DNA from: Takakia lepidozioides
Taxonomy: Eukaryota > Plantae > Bryophyta
Direction: 5' to 3'
NCBI GenBank assembly: GCA_030704615.1
Contig: CM060733.1
Location: 1,984,001-2,048,000 of the forward strand
Length of the DNA: 64,000 nucleotides
Below, in pieces: positions 11,165 through 24,879 of the stretch; the first letter of the stretch is position 1; each line of letters opens with the position of its first letter. Below the pieces are notes generated by a model. It was not told where the DNA came from. It saw nothing but the letters and a program-made list of their open reading frames with translations, and did no database searches. Both the position numbers and the translations under genes were made by a program.

Positions 11165-11505
11165 ATGTCATATCCATTGTGCATTCATCTACACTCTATT
11201 CATGCAACCTCCATTAAATGTTTTCCATTATTCAACATCCATTGTACATTCATCCACTGCACTCTCGAATCCACCTTACAAACCCCACACACTCATGTCA
11301 TATACATTGTGCATTCATGTACTGTGTATGAATGCATCCTCCATTCATGAATGTTTTCCATTATTCAACATCCACTGTACATTCATCAATTATACATTCA
11401 TACATTGTACTCTCATCCATCCCTATTTCATCAATCTACTTGCATTGTTCGCACTCATCCATCAATGTTTCATCCACTCTACATTCATCCATCCCGCATT
11501 CATCT
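11165..11505. repeat. CATT/CATC-rich low-complexity repeat with a ~134-bp internal duplication
   Basis: AATGTTTTCCATTATTCAACATCCA(T/C)TGTACATTCATC at ~11216 and ~11350; repeated CATTCATC. Confidence 0.7.
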
Positions 11506-12728
11506 GTTGCTTTCAGGTGGGAATGGCCACATCCTTTTATTATGTCGTCCAACTTGTTTCCGCGGTTAAGGGTGCTCTTCCGCGGAAATACACTCCGCTT
11601 CTTCCTTGGCGCGCGGTGATGTGGCGTTTAAGCGTGATGACGTGGAGTGAGATTGGTGATGTGGCGTGGGCGCAAGTAGCTGCGCTCACGCGACCAGGCT
11701 CACGCCGAGGCATCCCTGATATCTTTGGGCTCCCAGCCGCTGGCATCACTGATTTGAGCCGCATAAATCCAGGTTATGGGATTAACCATGTACCAAAAAT
11801 ATAAATGATAAGTAACAACAGGGATTTGTGGGTACAAATATAAAATACATATAGAAATAACATGAATTTAACCTAAAAATACCATAACATATAATATAAT
11901 TGTCGAAGATACCAGCCATTAAAAATATAACCATACCATTGCAGTATGTCATTTGAGTTTTTGTTATACCCATGCCTAGGACCAGGGTATCTCAAAATTT
12001 GAAATACCCATACCCGTCTTATAACCTACCCTGGCCAATCCTAATCTACCCCGGGCCCTACCAGTTGGACCCAAGAGCCAAGTTGGACCTACCAGGACCA
12101 GTCGGGTATGCCAAAATGGACTTACCAGTACATTAACACTGGTTAAGACCCCAAGGACTGGACACTTTTACTGAGGATTGGGCAGACCAACAAATCAAAG
12201 ATGAAAGCTCGCAAGAAACTAAGAGTGAGTTGAGTGAGAAGATGGAGCATGAAAGAATGAAGCCCATGACAAAAAAAGAGCAGTTGGAACTCATCCAAAA
12301 GGCGGACAACAAATATGATCGAAGGAAAAATGATGGGAATGAGCATACACCGACGATTCGTGAAGAGGCAGCACCAGACATACTGGACGACATCTAGGTA
12401 ATTCACTATTTGACTTTCGGTGGAATGAAAGAAAACGAGTTTTGAAGAGAGCTAGGGGATACGTTTTCTAGGAAGGGAAGATCTTGTACAAATGGAAGCA
12501 TGTTCCAGACAAGAAAGAGGGCACAAAAATCATTGAAGGAGTGCAAGAGGAGTGCATAAGACTCTAGATCACTTTGGGGTACACAGAACCCATAATGAAA
12601 TATGCAAACGTTTTTTCTGGCACAATCACACTCAAGAAACTAGGGATGTGTTGAGGAAGTGTATTCCATGCCAACAAGGCAAGACTCTTGGGACTCTGCA
12701 TTCTGGAGCAAAGAATTTGAAAAATATA

Positions 12729-12898
12729 CCTCTGCATAGATGAATGTGTCCAGCTCGTGTGTACGTACGTATGTATTTTCGGCAGATATATGTACATAAT
12801 CACACTATGTATATGTAATCATAAAGGAAAACAAACCGATACAGACAAATACATACGTACGTACACACAGGAACTGGACACATTCATCTATGCATAGG
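12729..12898. mobile_element. MITE-like 170-bp hairpin
   Basis: ~50-bp inverted arms: CCTCTGCATAGATGAATGTGTCCAG..GTACGTACGTATGTATTT (12729-12778) and its near-reverse complement (12847-12898). Confidence 0.8.
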
Positions 12899-12983
12899 AC
12901 TAGTTACGTACGAGAATGAGCGTGCTAGTTACGTATGTGCGTACGTACCCTTAACCTAAATCATAACCTAAACTCTAGTAGAG

Positions 12984-13067
12984 GTGATGATCATCAACGA
13001 TCATCACAACTACCCAAATGCCAAAACAGAGCATAAGTGATGATCGTTGACGATCATCACTTATGCT
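12984..13067. repeat. Two palindromes related to arrays A and B
   Basis: GTGATGATCATCAACGATCATCAC (12984-13007) and AGCATAAGTGATGATCG-TTGA-CGATCATCACTTATGCT (13030-13067, perfect 17-bp arms). Confidence 0.85.
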
Positions 13068-13859
13068 AGATGGAGTTTATGGTTCATGAAAATTCTGATG
13101 GCTGGATGGCTACATTGATAGATATGCCATGACAACCATGTTACATGGTAGCCATGTTTTCCCACGGTAGTAGGCCCTCTATCTGCCATCCTCGCCTATA
13201 GGGCCTACTTCTCCACAAGGTTTCGTGCCGCTCACGCTTCATAAAGCGTGAGCTCAACTCCCAGGCTCACGGGGCTGGGCTCACGCCGTAGCTGTGCTGG
13301 GTATTTGAATGATGGAGAGGAAGACATTGACTGCATGATGATGGAGAATGTGGAATTGTTGGCCCAAATTGACATCTCACTTCATGAGAATGTACTCAAA
13401 GCACAGAAGGAGCAGCAGGAGAGTTATCCAGCTCGCAGAACGAGCAACTCCACCATGGAATCACTAAAGGAAGGGCAACTCATTATGATGCTCAGACCAA
13501 GGAAACACAAGGGCATTGAACCAACATGGGAGGGAACATATACATTTCAAGGTTACAAGGATAAATCACACACTGATGGCATAGAGAAGCCCGACCGCAT
13601 CCTGGGGAAGTCATTCTCTATCACTTGTATAGGGCACGTGAGATAAATGGGTATTTTGTAAGGGGGTATTACTTTTATTTTGGGTATTTCTTAGTATCTT
13701 TTGTTTAAAACAATAAAATATAATTAAAATAGCACGTCAAAAATTCACCATATTACAAAATTATAATGTAATTATATATTAAAACACCATATATTAATAA
13801 TACAAGAAAAGATTTTTTATTCCAAGATAATTTAATTTATTATTTGGTTGAAATACATT

Positions 13860-14872
13860 CATTTAAAGCATTCCCATCATCATCTGCATTCAAGGTGTAA
13901 ACGTTATGCACTAAAGTCATCGTGACTGAACTAATAAATGAGTCTACATCTATCCATTTGTTGTCGGTATGATCGTATTTGAATTTAAATTTTCCTCTAG
14001 ATTTTGAGAAATAGTTTAATTACATCATAATTGGTGTGGTTGGTCTATTTAGGAGATCAATAGGCTGCCGCGATATCCCCCACCTGCTCCCTGTCTTTCT
14101 TCTCATTTTTTGAATCCTGCCTATCCACCATTTGCCTTCATCTACACCAGAAGCTATGGATGTTGGCACACCCTTGCGAATCCCCTTAGCTCCATTTCTT
14201 CGCAGAGTTGCCTTAACAAATGAGGATTGTGTTGTGGATACCCTCTGGACAAAATACACTCATACTGCATCTGATCCTAAACCTTTCTGCCTCGATTATC
14301 CCACCATTGACAGGGCTCCAAAAGGTATTTCCTCAAAGGCGCTTCTCCTCATCCTAGCTTCCTACTGTCATTTTGACGTCAAAGTCCTACTCCATGGTCG
14401 TCTCAGACTCTAACTAATTCTTAAGTGCTTCACCAGCGGTTCGCAAATAACTAACAACTTGCAGATTTGTTTTGGCAGTACAATGCCGAAACTGCTTGGC
14501 TAAGGATAAAAAACGATCCGAAAATAAAAATGTACCCATTTATGCATCTACATTGACACATGTACTCTCCATTGGCCCCTTCGATGAGTTGTGCGCAGAG
14601 CTATATGCTGCAGATCGCTGGGTGTTAAAAACTTTCTTCTTCCGTATCCCTCAACTCTTAGAGGGAGTTACTGATCTTGATACAATCGACTCATATAATC
14701 TTATTGAGTTGAGAGTGAAGATCTTAGCTAGTTGATTAAAAGTATAATTCTGCATGCATACGATTGTGGACTTGGGCAAGGATCCTGCCAATGGAGGCAT
14801 CAAGACCGCTATACTTTTCCTTGGGGGTGTTGCGTTCCACCCTCTCACATGTCTGTCTCTTGTTAGTCGCCA
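13860..14872 (-). pseudogene. Decayed coding remnant, probably DNA-transposon derived; family not identified
   Basis: Protein-like broken frame GKWWIGRIQKMRRKTGSRWGISRQPIDL..KFKYDHTDNKWIDVDSFISSV with many stops. Confidence 0.3.
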
Positions 14873-16655
14873 TTTATTTATTGTGACCCGTAATTAATCT
14901 CTTGTTATAACTTGGATGTCAAATGGGATGTCAGCTCATTCACAGTGTTTGCAAGTGTACGACTGTGTCCAATCCTGAAGTATAGGTATATCACTTAAGT
15001 ACTGGCAACTCATTTTCTTGACTATATATTGAGCTTCACTTGATCTCATCCGAATACCATTTATCTAAACTATAGGTATAGAAATGGACTAGCGCAAGCA
15101 ATTGTGAAGAAAGGCACGGGAAAAACACATGCATGAGCAGATAAGGGTGGTTGATAGCTTTTTCTTTAGCAAGAGATCCAGGTAAGTTACTCTCTATTGC
15201 ATGTTTTCACTAAATACTGCATTCTCTGCTCGATATACTTTGGCGACTATATTCCTTTATTGTTTTTCCTCCTTGTGAACAATAGCCATACAACTATGTA
15301 TACAAACCTATATCACTCTCGACTCCGAAATTGAAAAATTGTCTTGCTCATGCAATTCATGCTTTATGTCAGTTGGATCATGTTGAAGGCAACCAAATCA
15401 TTAATAGCTTTACAGTGACAGTGGGTATACTGGTAATGGCATCAAATACACCCCTGAATCACGATCTGGCAGACAAACACCATTAAAGTGCCAAAAGGAT
15501 CTATCAAGTATGTACCCTTCCCTTTCCTGACCAACACTTGCGCAAATTTCATATAAATGTATCTCTTTAGACTACCCCTTCCTCTTAGCTAGCAACCACC
15601 CGACATAAGTTCGACGTTTATAAAACGATCATCTCAGTGTCACTCCTCCATTGGAGTAGTTACTCTTTTGGCCTTTAACATTTTGAATTCATCGGTTTTG
15701 AGTAGGAGAGTTAATTTGGTGGGCGAATAACACAATGATGTCCTGATTGTGGGGGCGAGGACACACATGAAGATATGTACTAGCATTCTACCTTCCACAA
15801 TACACGACTGGCTTCGCTAGGGTATGAGGCCAATGCATCACATGTGGTTGTTTAGACAAACTTTCAACGTGAATGCCAGTTTGCCCTTTTCATAAGCAGA
15901 TTTAGAGAAAGAAGTGTGTCAGCAATGAGGATGAGCCCAACTATCTTCTAAGATTCAAACAATCCCAACATCTTCCTCTTGACTTCACTCTCTATAGATC
16001 TAAAACTGTGGGGATTGTACCCAGCACCCACAGGGTTTATCAATTGTATATACATAGCCTTGATGTCTGGTGTGGTATTGCAGGAATTCAACTAACATGG
16101 ACCATCCACATACAATTACCAGGTATACATGTGATTTTGCAATCTTGTTATCGTCATTGATGGATAATTAAATGCACTTATGCTGTAAATTGGCGGAGAA
16201 GTTTTTACCCTCCAAATTGACTCAAATATCATGGAAAAACTTCCACAGCTTTCATTTGGCGACGGGTTTGAGCCACATTTCTGAGCTTGGAATTATCTGT
16301 CTTCAACAACCTCCTATAATTTCTGACTCATTACACCAAAGAAAGACACGCAGCTCATATCTAGAGACTGGCCATCAGGGACTTTGAACAACATCACTCT
16401 TGACATGTGCATAACTAGGTGAATGTCAGATTGTATTGTATTTAGTAGTCCACATGATCTATGCTCATGTGCACATTTTATGAGATCCTTCAAGGGCTCT
16501 CTGTGTCACTAACATTTTTCAGGCAGATCCTACCAAGTAGACTACTAATAATAAGATGCATTCATACTCAATTTGTATTTCTTCTGTATGTATCAGCTCC
16601 ACCAAAAATTGATTTCCTTCAATATATTGTCTCACATAGAGCTTTGTATATCAGC

Positions 16656-17114
16656 CTATTGACCAGATGTCCCAGTGGACCAGAGAGCAGCAATCGAGTT
16701 TACTCCGGTACAGTACAAGACAAGGTTGCCATCACTCTGCAAATTTAGTATATACTGGTTCACCATAGGAAAGAGATAACAATCGCCAGCATGTTGTGTT
16801 TGAGATGCCCACATAGGGTTATTTGATCCATCATAGACGACCAAGTTTCCATCCCACTGCATCGCCAAATAGCAGTTGTTACCTCTGCCATTGGTCTGGG
16901 ATGCCCATAGAGCTACTCTGTCGGGCTTGTACAACACCAAATTGCAGTCGCTCTGCATTCTCAACTTGTAGTTTAGGTTTGGACTTACGAGATAGGATCC
17001 GGCCGGGAGAACATTTGGAGGCTGCATGGAAGTGCCACTATTCTTGTCGCCTTGCCCGATTGTTTGAGCTATGAGAAATGCAAGCACCAGAAGAATGTAG
17101 TTGGCTTTGCCCAT
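16656..17114 (-). CDS. Secreted bulb-type (GNA/B-lectin) mannose-binding lectin, 152 aa
   Basis: Signal-peptide-like MGKANYILLVLAFLIAQTIG from ATG 17114. Three intact QxDxNxVxY sites (QSDCNLVLY, QWDGNLVVY, QSDGNLVLY) with W-A/S-S/T motifs. No intron. Confidence 0.92.
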   Translation of the reverse strand: MGKANYILLVLAFLIAQTIGQGDKNSGTSMQPPNVLPAGSYLVSPNLNYKLRMQSDCNLVLYKPDRVALWASQTNGRGNNCYLAMQWDGNLVVYDGSNNPMWASQTQHAGDCYLFPMVNQYILNLQSDGNLVLYCTGVNSIAALWSTGTSGQ

Positions 17115-19109
17115 GTCTGCTTGTGCAACCTCGGGAATAGAAATCTGAAGAACAAATAATGGAGTGTGTGAAGGAGAGGGACAACATTGAAGTGAAAAGC
17201 TTTGATCCCTCAATACATAGACATTCCCCACTCTTTCCCTCACCACTGAATGCCATCTATTGTGCATCTTTTGGAATTTATGCCCAGAATAGTCTCGTCT
17301 TTCCGAACTCTCTGAAGCCCCCACTTTGAAACGGCGCCCATGCCATCATTCATCACACTATGACACATGGCCGGGTGTACATGACACATTCTTACTAACC
17401 CCTGCTACTTCAAAAAAGTTGCACAATCCTGTGGAAGGATGGATTCGTTTGGAGCCAGATGCTCTTCTGTTCATTACACGGATAAAAAATAGGTGGTGGT
17501 TAAGAAAGCTGGTGCGGACCTAATTTTGGTCTTGCTACCTTGTCTTAAGCCAACAACAACAAGATTAGACACCCTGGCAACTGATGTATGATGGAGGAAT
17601 AATGTAATCAGTGGACCCAATGAGGGTTGGCCACCTGCTATTTAGATTAGCTCTTATTTTATATACAAAAGATATGGGGGCTTGGGCTCTTGACAATGTG
17701 TGTTAAACTGGGTCAGGATGCGTTGTGCAATTTTGGATGTGAAAGTGATGATGTCACGGGGTAGTGTCCCCTTTGTCGACTCCATGACGCTTCTGTACAA
17801 GGTTATTTTTTCCTTGTTTTTACTTTTTAATAAATTTCCCATGGTCTCTGTCCCCTGCTTTTTTTTTCTCTTAAAAAAAATGAAAGTGATGATGCCCTTA
17901 GGTGCCGCATGATTGGACTTGTGCCTGTCATCCTTTAGCCTAGCCCGCTCTAAGTTGCATTCCCGGTTGTACCCAACAGTTGGTAGATGAAACTGGAATA
18001 TTCCATGGGTAGAAAAAGTTGGTGGAGATGGAGGGCACGCTTTGCATGTTGGTTGGAAGGACCGTGACAAAAAATAAATAAATGATAATATTACTTATAT
18101 TAGGATATTTTCTTCTCTCTAGATAGTGTACGCAGCTTCATGCAAATATTTGTGCATTACTTGCCAAAATGTTGGTGCTATTATGGATTGCAATTGTCAC
18201 CAACCAAATCTGAGGTTGTCTTAGAACAAACTTGAGGGAGGGTTTATGTGATTTTGAAGTGCCAGCTTCTCATTATGCTTGCATAGGCTGATGCAGGAGG
18301 GTTGGGATGGTGCAACTTGAGAAACAGGCTATTGGACGGTGCTGGCGGACGGGCCAGGAGCACCCGGTTGTCATCAAAAGGTGATGTTTTTTCTTACGTC
18401 TCCTCAATCTGCGCCTCTAGCATTTATGATATAGTATGAATTTTTATTCTATTTTATTTATAAGTTTTTAGTTTTTTGTATGAATTATTGCAACCCGTAT
18501 TGTGGCCGCTAGCAAGGTCAACCGGTGGCCATTATCGAACTTAATCGGAATGGGGGAGTATTCCACGGGTTTGTAGCCCCAGATGTCGCTATCAAAGCTA
18601 CGATAGCCAAAGAAGACTTGCCACGTGGTGCACTTGATGTACCTAACAAGGTAGGTGTGTAGCCTCATTTAATTCACTAGAGGTCATCTTTTGTGGGGCT
18701 GAAATTTGCCCAATGGCGGCCCTTTAAGGGTTAACCTATTTTTACAAAATTGTATTGTTATTACAATATTAATTAAATTCTCAATGGGAAAAGGGCTGCA
18801 GTGGAGGAAAATACTAATATACATATCATATGACAGTGGTGTCACTTGCGTTTTTCAGCAAGACTCACCAAGCGCCATTGGGGGGTCCCATGTGAGGAGG
18901 AAAAGAATCCTTGGAGATTTCCCTTATACAGAAGAATGAGGGACAAGTTGTCCGGAGAGGGAGGCATTAAATCCTTAAAGAGTTGGGGGTACTTGTTCAT
19001 TCAGAGTAAGGCTTAATAACTAGCATGCCAAAGATCAAACCCTAAGGCGAAAACACATGTGCACCTTTGCAAGTGATTGGACCTTATATAAAGTTTCTGC
19101 TTAGAGCTA

Positions 19110-19520
19110 TCGTTGGTTTTCAAACAAAGATGGTTGCTCTAAAAAGAAGTTAGTAGACTATCATGGAGAGATTACCGATTTCCAGATGGGGTCAATGGAA
19201 GTAGGCTCTATGTAGAGAACTCTGTTGAGCTGGCCAACATTATGAAGTTATTACAATCTCGCCAGTCTGCTGTAACCCTTCAAACCCCCAAGATGCCGAC
19301 TCATCCAATAGGTACCCAATTATAATACACTCATTTTGCTATGACTCTCTACTGGATCTTTGAGCTTCAACATTTTTCTATCATCTCCAAGTAATGGGTC
19401 AGATGAGAACTATTTGTGGGTATAATGATCAGGACAGTGTAAGTGCTTTTCTGACCAGTGGTGCAAGATGGGATATTATTCCAAAAATGGAGTGGCTTCA
19501 TAAATATCACGTCTAGTCTT
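19110..19520 (+). mobile_element. Highly degenerate Gypsy reverse-transcriptase remnant
   Basis: Fragments resembling KDG..VDY, LDL..GY, SAF.T..G...KM..G..N occur in the expected order but in broken frames. Confidence 0.35.
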
Positions 19521-21111
19521 GCTCAGCTTCTGCAATCCAGGAATACTTTCTCATCCTATGGTGAGACTGCTCCATCCCTGCTCTGCTCTCCATCCACTCC
19601 CCCATTGTGCTTCCCCTGGTGTATGTGGAGTGTGTCAAGGGTTGAACGAGTACATTATGTTTGTGAAAGTAAGTCAAACCAAGCTATACTGATTCCCCTG
19701 GAAGAACGTGACACGGAGTTTAATACGTATGGTGTAGGCCAGCAAAGAGTGGGAGAAACGGAGTAGCTGATGTTGTTGGGTGCATTCGCACTGACAAACA
19801 GAACCTGCGATTCAACGAGTTTGAGATCCTCTTTTCATGATGGCTGGCATTCACATAGACGTAACCTATGGTTCAACAAATTTGAAACTTATGTGATGAC
19901 TAGTTGTTTGATCAAATAAGAGAGACCTGGCATGCAATTTTGGTTGCAGCGATGACCTTGTAAACGCATGAAGAGTAGCATACCATTCTACTCTAGCAGA
20001 GACATCTGCAATTCATCAAAAACATGCGAGAGCACATGTGCAGTGCCGGAAGCCAAGTAGCAAAACATGGATTCTGTTGGGATATTCGAATGCTTGGATT
20101 CAGAGGAATAAGCTCCTCTTATTGTCTTCTTATTGTGAACCAGAGTTAGCGCATGTGACTCATTGAACAGAGTAGTCTCGTAGAAATTTCAGTCTAGTGC
20201 CAAGGTGGGGTAAACCCTTGAGGTCATCCATGATGGCCTCTCCTATGTCACAGGCTGGAAACAAGTTCAAGGATGTTTCTACTTCATTTTCATCACACAA
20301 TTTCCTGGCAACAGACATGCTTTGGACACTACAGCCTCTAAATCAGACTTATCCAGCAGGATCAAGGCTTGCCGACTTAGATGTAGATCCTTGAGAATCT
20401 CTTCTACTCTCTTCCGCTAGGACTGAGCGTGTTTGACAGGGGACTCCTGCTTGCAAGATGTAGAGTCCACTAACTTAGGATATCTGAAATTAATTATTTG
20501 TGCCGTGGCTGCCTAGCCTCCCACCTGCCCGCTGCGCCACGCTGGCGCACAAGCTATGCACGCATTACCATGGACTGTATGGCCTATGCTACGGGACCCG
20601 CTCTGCCATATCTCACAAGCATATGGCTCAATCATATTGGAGGCAACTTATAGAACATATACCGCTATTGTTTCTTTTTTCTTTTTTCTTTTTAAATTTA
20701 GAGAACGGGGCACGGAGGCTGTGGGGGCCTGGATTCCCACCCCCTCTTTATTCGACTAGATGGATGAAAGTGGGTAGGTAGGAAGGGATGACTTCTGCGC
20801 TGGATGGAGCTATCTTTAGTTCGCTTGTTTTATTATAACAGCTAGTTTAGGATTAGATGGCCGCTGATGTGTGATGCTCAGGGGATGTAATCTGGATAGC
20901 TTGTCAGATATCGACAAGCACAAGTACATCATGACCTCCCATTGTGTAGCCCATTGGGAGAAGTACCTCAGTGCCCCTTCGAACAGAATGTACTAATGGG
21001 ATCTTGGCCGGGGTGAAGGAAAGTGCAGATAGCATGATGCCATCTATTGTGCATGAGTTATCCTCATTCCATCATCAGATCCAAGATGAGCTTTAGACCT
21101 TCAAGGCAGAA

Positions 21112-21800
21112 GTGAACTGGAGATCCTCTGGAGCAAATGGGTCAGGTCACAATGGTAAGACTAACACTAGCAATAGGTATAAATTAAGCCAAGCTGTTGT
21201 TGAATGCATGATTTGCAAATCCAAGGAACATTACACTAGATTCTGCCCCTATGAGTCCCAACTGCGTGCACTCAATATTGAACGTTTTGAAAAGGAGAAA
21301 ACTCAAAAGATGGATTTAAACGCCACTGGTCGTTTGTGAGGTGCCAGACGATCATAAAAAGAGCCCAAAAGCTATGGTGAGTGCAGTACTATCTCATGAC
21401 TTCAAGCTTATGCACTGTGAAACTTTCAAACGGGTCAGCAAAGAAAGGATTTTCCCCGTTTATGACCCAATGTCATGTGGGCCATCTCTCCTTTCCATAC
21501 GTCATTGCTAATGGTTGTACCATGTCTGCCATTCCACTCAGTATAGTTAGGATACTTGGATGAAATATAGGCTCTGCCAAGGGGCTTGAGGTTACTATTG
21601 CTGATGGCACGGCTTATGAGCCAATTAATGGGGTTGATCACTCTGCCCATTCGTGTTAGTGGCAAGAGTGTTGTGCTAATCACTATGGGAGAGCAGATTT
21701 TGCTTGGTCTTGATTGGATGAAGGGTGCAGAAGCCAACATTGACATCATGAACAGTGTAATGTGGTTACACAATGGGGAAGGTCATCCTTACAAAGTCAA
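21112..21800 (+). mobile_element. Degenerate Gypsy gag (zinc knuckle) and aspartic-protease remnant
   Basis: CMICKSKEHYTRFC (CX2CX4HX4C) and protease C-terminal ILLGLDWM motif. Confidence 0.7.
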
Positions 21801-23173
21801 TTTGAACCCAGTCACCCCTTGCTGCTGGAACCTCCATGGCCAACTATTCCCGATTGAAGCTTCAGCTAACGAGATGATGGAGAACATGGGCCTACATAAC
21901 AACTGGGCCAAGTTTAGTCAATTCCAACCTTTGATGGTTGTCTCTATCAATGTTTCCATCCCCTGGTATGAAGGCTGGACCTCCTTTGCTGTGGCCAAAA
22001 ACACCATGCTTTTGCGACCCCCATTGACTTCGTCATTCCTGCTTTTAATGATTGATGCCTTCTCGATTGGCTTTTGCTTGCCTATAAGGTCATTACATAG
22101 AAGTTGAAGGATGGAAGAAGCTTACTTTACAAAAGCACTGCCTTATTGCTTCTGGTGTCCTTCATAGAGGTTTCAAGGATGAGGTCAGATTGCTTGCGGC
22201 TAACCCTTGGACATGAAAGTCATCAAATCTCATTCTCAACTTCTCTCTGATCAAGGCATTTTGCTCCATTTTCTTGGGAGAGTAAGGGACTGTCATTGGG
22301 CTAGAATGTGGACTCTAGAGCATCTTGGAGCGGATGATGGTCTCACCCCACACTTTTGTCACCCTCTGGGCAGAGGATTCTTCTCGATTATATTCAGCTC
22401 TGTTGAATTTGCTTCCAAAGCCCTGAAATCCAATGTCCGGAAGTCTCGCTAATATCGTGTGCATATATTCCCTTGGTCTACTGATTGGGGTCATAAGTTA
22501 GGTGTGACATGCAAACCAAGGGTCATTGCTTTGCAAGGTTGCCCTACCTTCATGGCAACTACTTGCGTTCACCACCGGAGATAGGTGCCCACTTCGGAGC
22601 ATTCATTGGGACCATGAATGTTAATGACATGGGGGATGCTGACCTGTTGAGAGCGTTGATTCTAGGCTATCTTCGATCATACTTGGGACTCTGGTGCACC
22701 TAAAATTGTGGTGTGGATGTCAGAGCACTCTAAGATTGAGGCTTCCTTGAGCAGTTGTCACAGAAGGAGATAGCAAGTTAGGGGCCAATGTCTTCAAGAT
22801 AGATAGACAGTCATATTGTACATGGCCTTCTTTAATTATGACAGTGATGACAAAGAATACTAATACATTCCTCCACCACTGAGACCGTTATAAAAGAATT
22901 GTCCAACGTAGGCAGCTTGAGGGAGGGATTTGCTATTCTATCAGCTATCAGCAATCAGTCATTAGCCATCAGTGTGACGTGGATGCGGAAACGGCGGCCA
23001 CGTGGCAATATAATATTTTTTCTCGGGCTGCCCGTAATTATATGCTTGGATTTGTGATAAACAATAATGAAAAATAACACGGGATTGTACTGAAACGCCA
23101 CCTTTGGTTGCCGAAGGTGGAGGCTGAGTGGGAGAATATAAAGGTAAAATGAAATAAATGGATGTCGGAACCC

Positions 23174-23205
<32 letters not shown>

Positions 23206-23712
23206 AAAAAAAAAAACCAACATGAGATATAGACTTCTAATGTGGAAGAATTATGCACGAACGTGGAAGAATTATGCATGTTTTTTAGCCATTTTAATCT
23301 CTAGCTTGGATTATCGTACAGCAAGGCAAAGGTGAATGCATGATTTGTGCGGAGGCATGGATAGGTGAAGGAGCAGGGATAGAGTGTGGGTCTAGATTCA
23401 TGTAAGAGGGGCAGATTTCAAGCTCCACATTACCTGAGATTCCCTGTGGATCAATAGCTACCAGAAACCTGCATGGGTAAGATGGTCAACTGGCAGCAGC
23501 GGCACAATTGATATAATCAGGCGCTGCTAATGAAGGCATCTTCTTCAGCACATTTCACCCTGTTTTTCCCTCGTATCAGAATCGGCCCTAACTGTCCATG
23601 TTGAATTCTGCAAGTTAGCTAGTTGAGTGAATCTAGTTTGGAGTGACTTTGACATGATACTGCCGATGTGACAACAGGAAAGTATCCAGAAACAGGTAAC
23701 AGAGACGACGAC

Positions 23713-24216
23713 AAGCTGTGGAATGAATACTTTTCTGACCCCAGTCAATGGTGGGTAATCGAGGCAAGAAGGTGAATGCCTGTTGGATTATAGAGAGTAG
23801 CAAATGCAATTGAGCATAGTGATAAGTTGAGTTGGGTGTTTCCTAGAACAAATCTAGGCTGTCATCGTCAGTTGCTAGCAGCAAGGCAAGGAGGTATGCT
23901 TGATTTGTGCATAGGCATGGATAGCTGAAGGAGCAGGGATAGAGTGTGGGTCCAGATTAATCGCAAGGTGTAGGTAGCTTTTTCTCACTGTACAATGTGA
24001 AGAAGCTGTGGAATGAATACTATTCTGACCCCAGTCAATGGTGGGACAACCGAGGAAAAAAGGTGGATGCTTATCAGATTACCAGATGTCATTCTGAACA
24101 TTGTCTCTGCCTTGGTGGACATGTAGGCCAAATGTGGGTGCATCAAGGATGCCAAGAGAGTGTTCAACACTATGGCGAACGAGATGTGATGTCGTGGAGT
24201 GTGATGCTCGCAGGGG
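23713..24216 (+). pseudogene. PLS-class PPR gene fragment preceded by an OSB/PDF-like motif, locally duplicated
   Basis: LWNEY(F/Y)SDPSQWW(DN)RGKK at ~23713 and ~24003, then VSALVDM*AKCGCIKDAKRVFNTM..RDVMSWSVMLAG with a stop and a frameshift. Segment 23320-23400 is duplicated at 23880-23958. Confidence 0.75.
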
Positions 24217-24879
24217 TGCAGGATGGAGGCTTTGGAGACCTATGAGCAAATTGCGGGGTATGCACAATAGGGGTGCGGGATGGAGGCTCCAACCTATGAG
24301 CAAATGATGGGGGAATTGGTTGGTTGGGGACCAGATTCTAGGAGATTTTGGAGACCTCGGTAACAAGAAGTTCCTATCGGCGATTTATGACAGAGGTACC
24401 GTCCCTGCCCAACCGTTTAGGCGATAATTAATTCAAATTGAAAGTGCCTAACACGTTTTGGGACTTTTTCAAATTTTGCCTAATTGCACGGAAACTATGG
24501 GACCAAAGTGCCTAACTCCTGAAAATTCGAGCAAAAAACTTTCAAGCCTCTTCTCATGTTTTATTTTATTTTTTTGGTGAACAAGGTTTATTGCCCTGAT
24601 TAATTTTATTCATAAGTTATTGAGGGGAAAAAAAATAAAACCCCGATCAAGCCATAAGGCACACACACCGTAATCAGTGTAAAGGGAGCCATACATCCAC
24701 CAAGTGGGATGTTGAAGAACCAAGTACTGGGACAGATCCCAAGAGAGAAGACCAATTTAATGTAGGCAGGCCTACACTGACTGATGGTCCCTAAATGGAG
24801 CGACCCTTTGACCTTACACTAGCAATATTGCAAGTGACAGAACGTTGATTTTGTCATTGACCTTTCCTAGAGTAGAAGG

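Larger units (their letters stand above)
12400..13646 (+). mobile_element. Degenerate Gypsy integrase remnant split by a non-coding insertion
   Basis: HHCC zinc motif HKTLDHFG..FFW..CIPCQ (12552-12743) and C-terminal GPY/F-like tail KAQKEQ..LKEGQLIM..WEGTY (13300-13646). The catalytic core is replaced by palindromic non-coding DNA. Confidence 0.75.

Noticed and set aside
17115-17324. 70-aa N-terminal extension of the lectin ORF
   Set aside because: It has a non-ATG start, and the signal peptide begins at ATG 17114.
23171-23216. C19 run followed by A runs
   Set aside because: Simple homopolymers; no retroposed body or TSD was identified.
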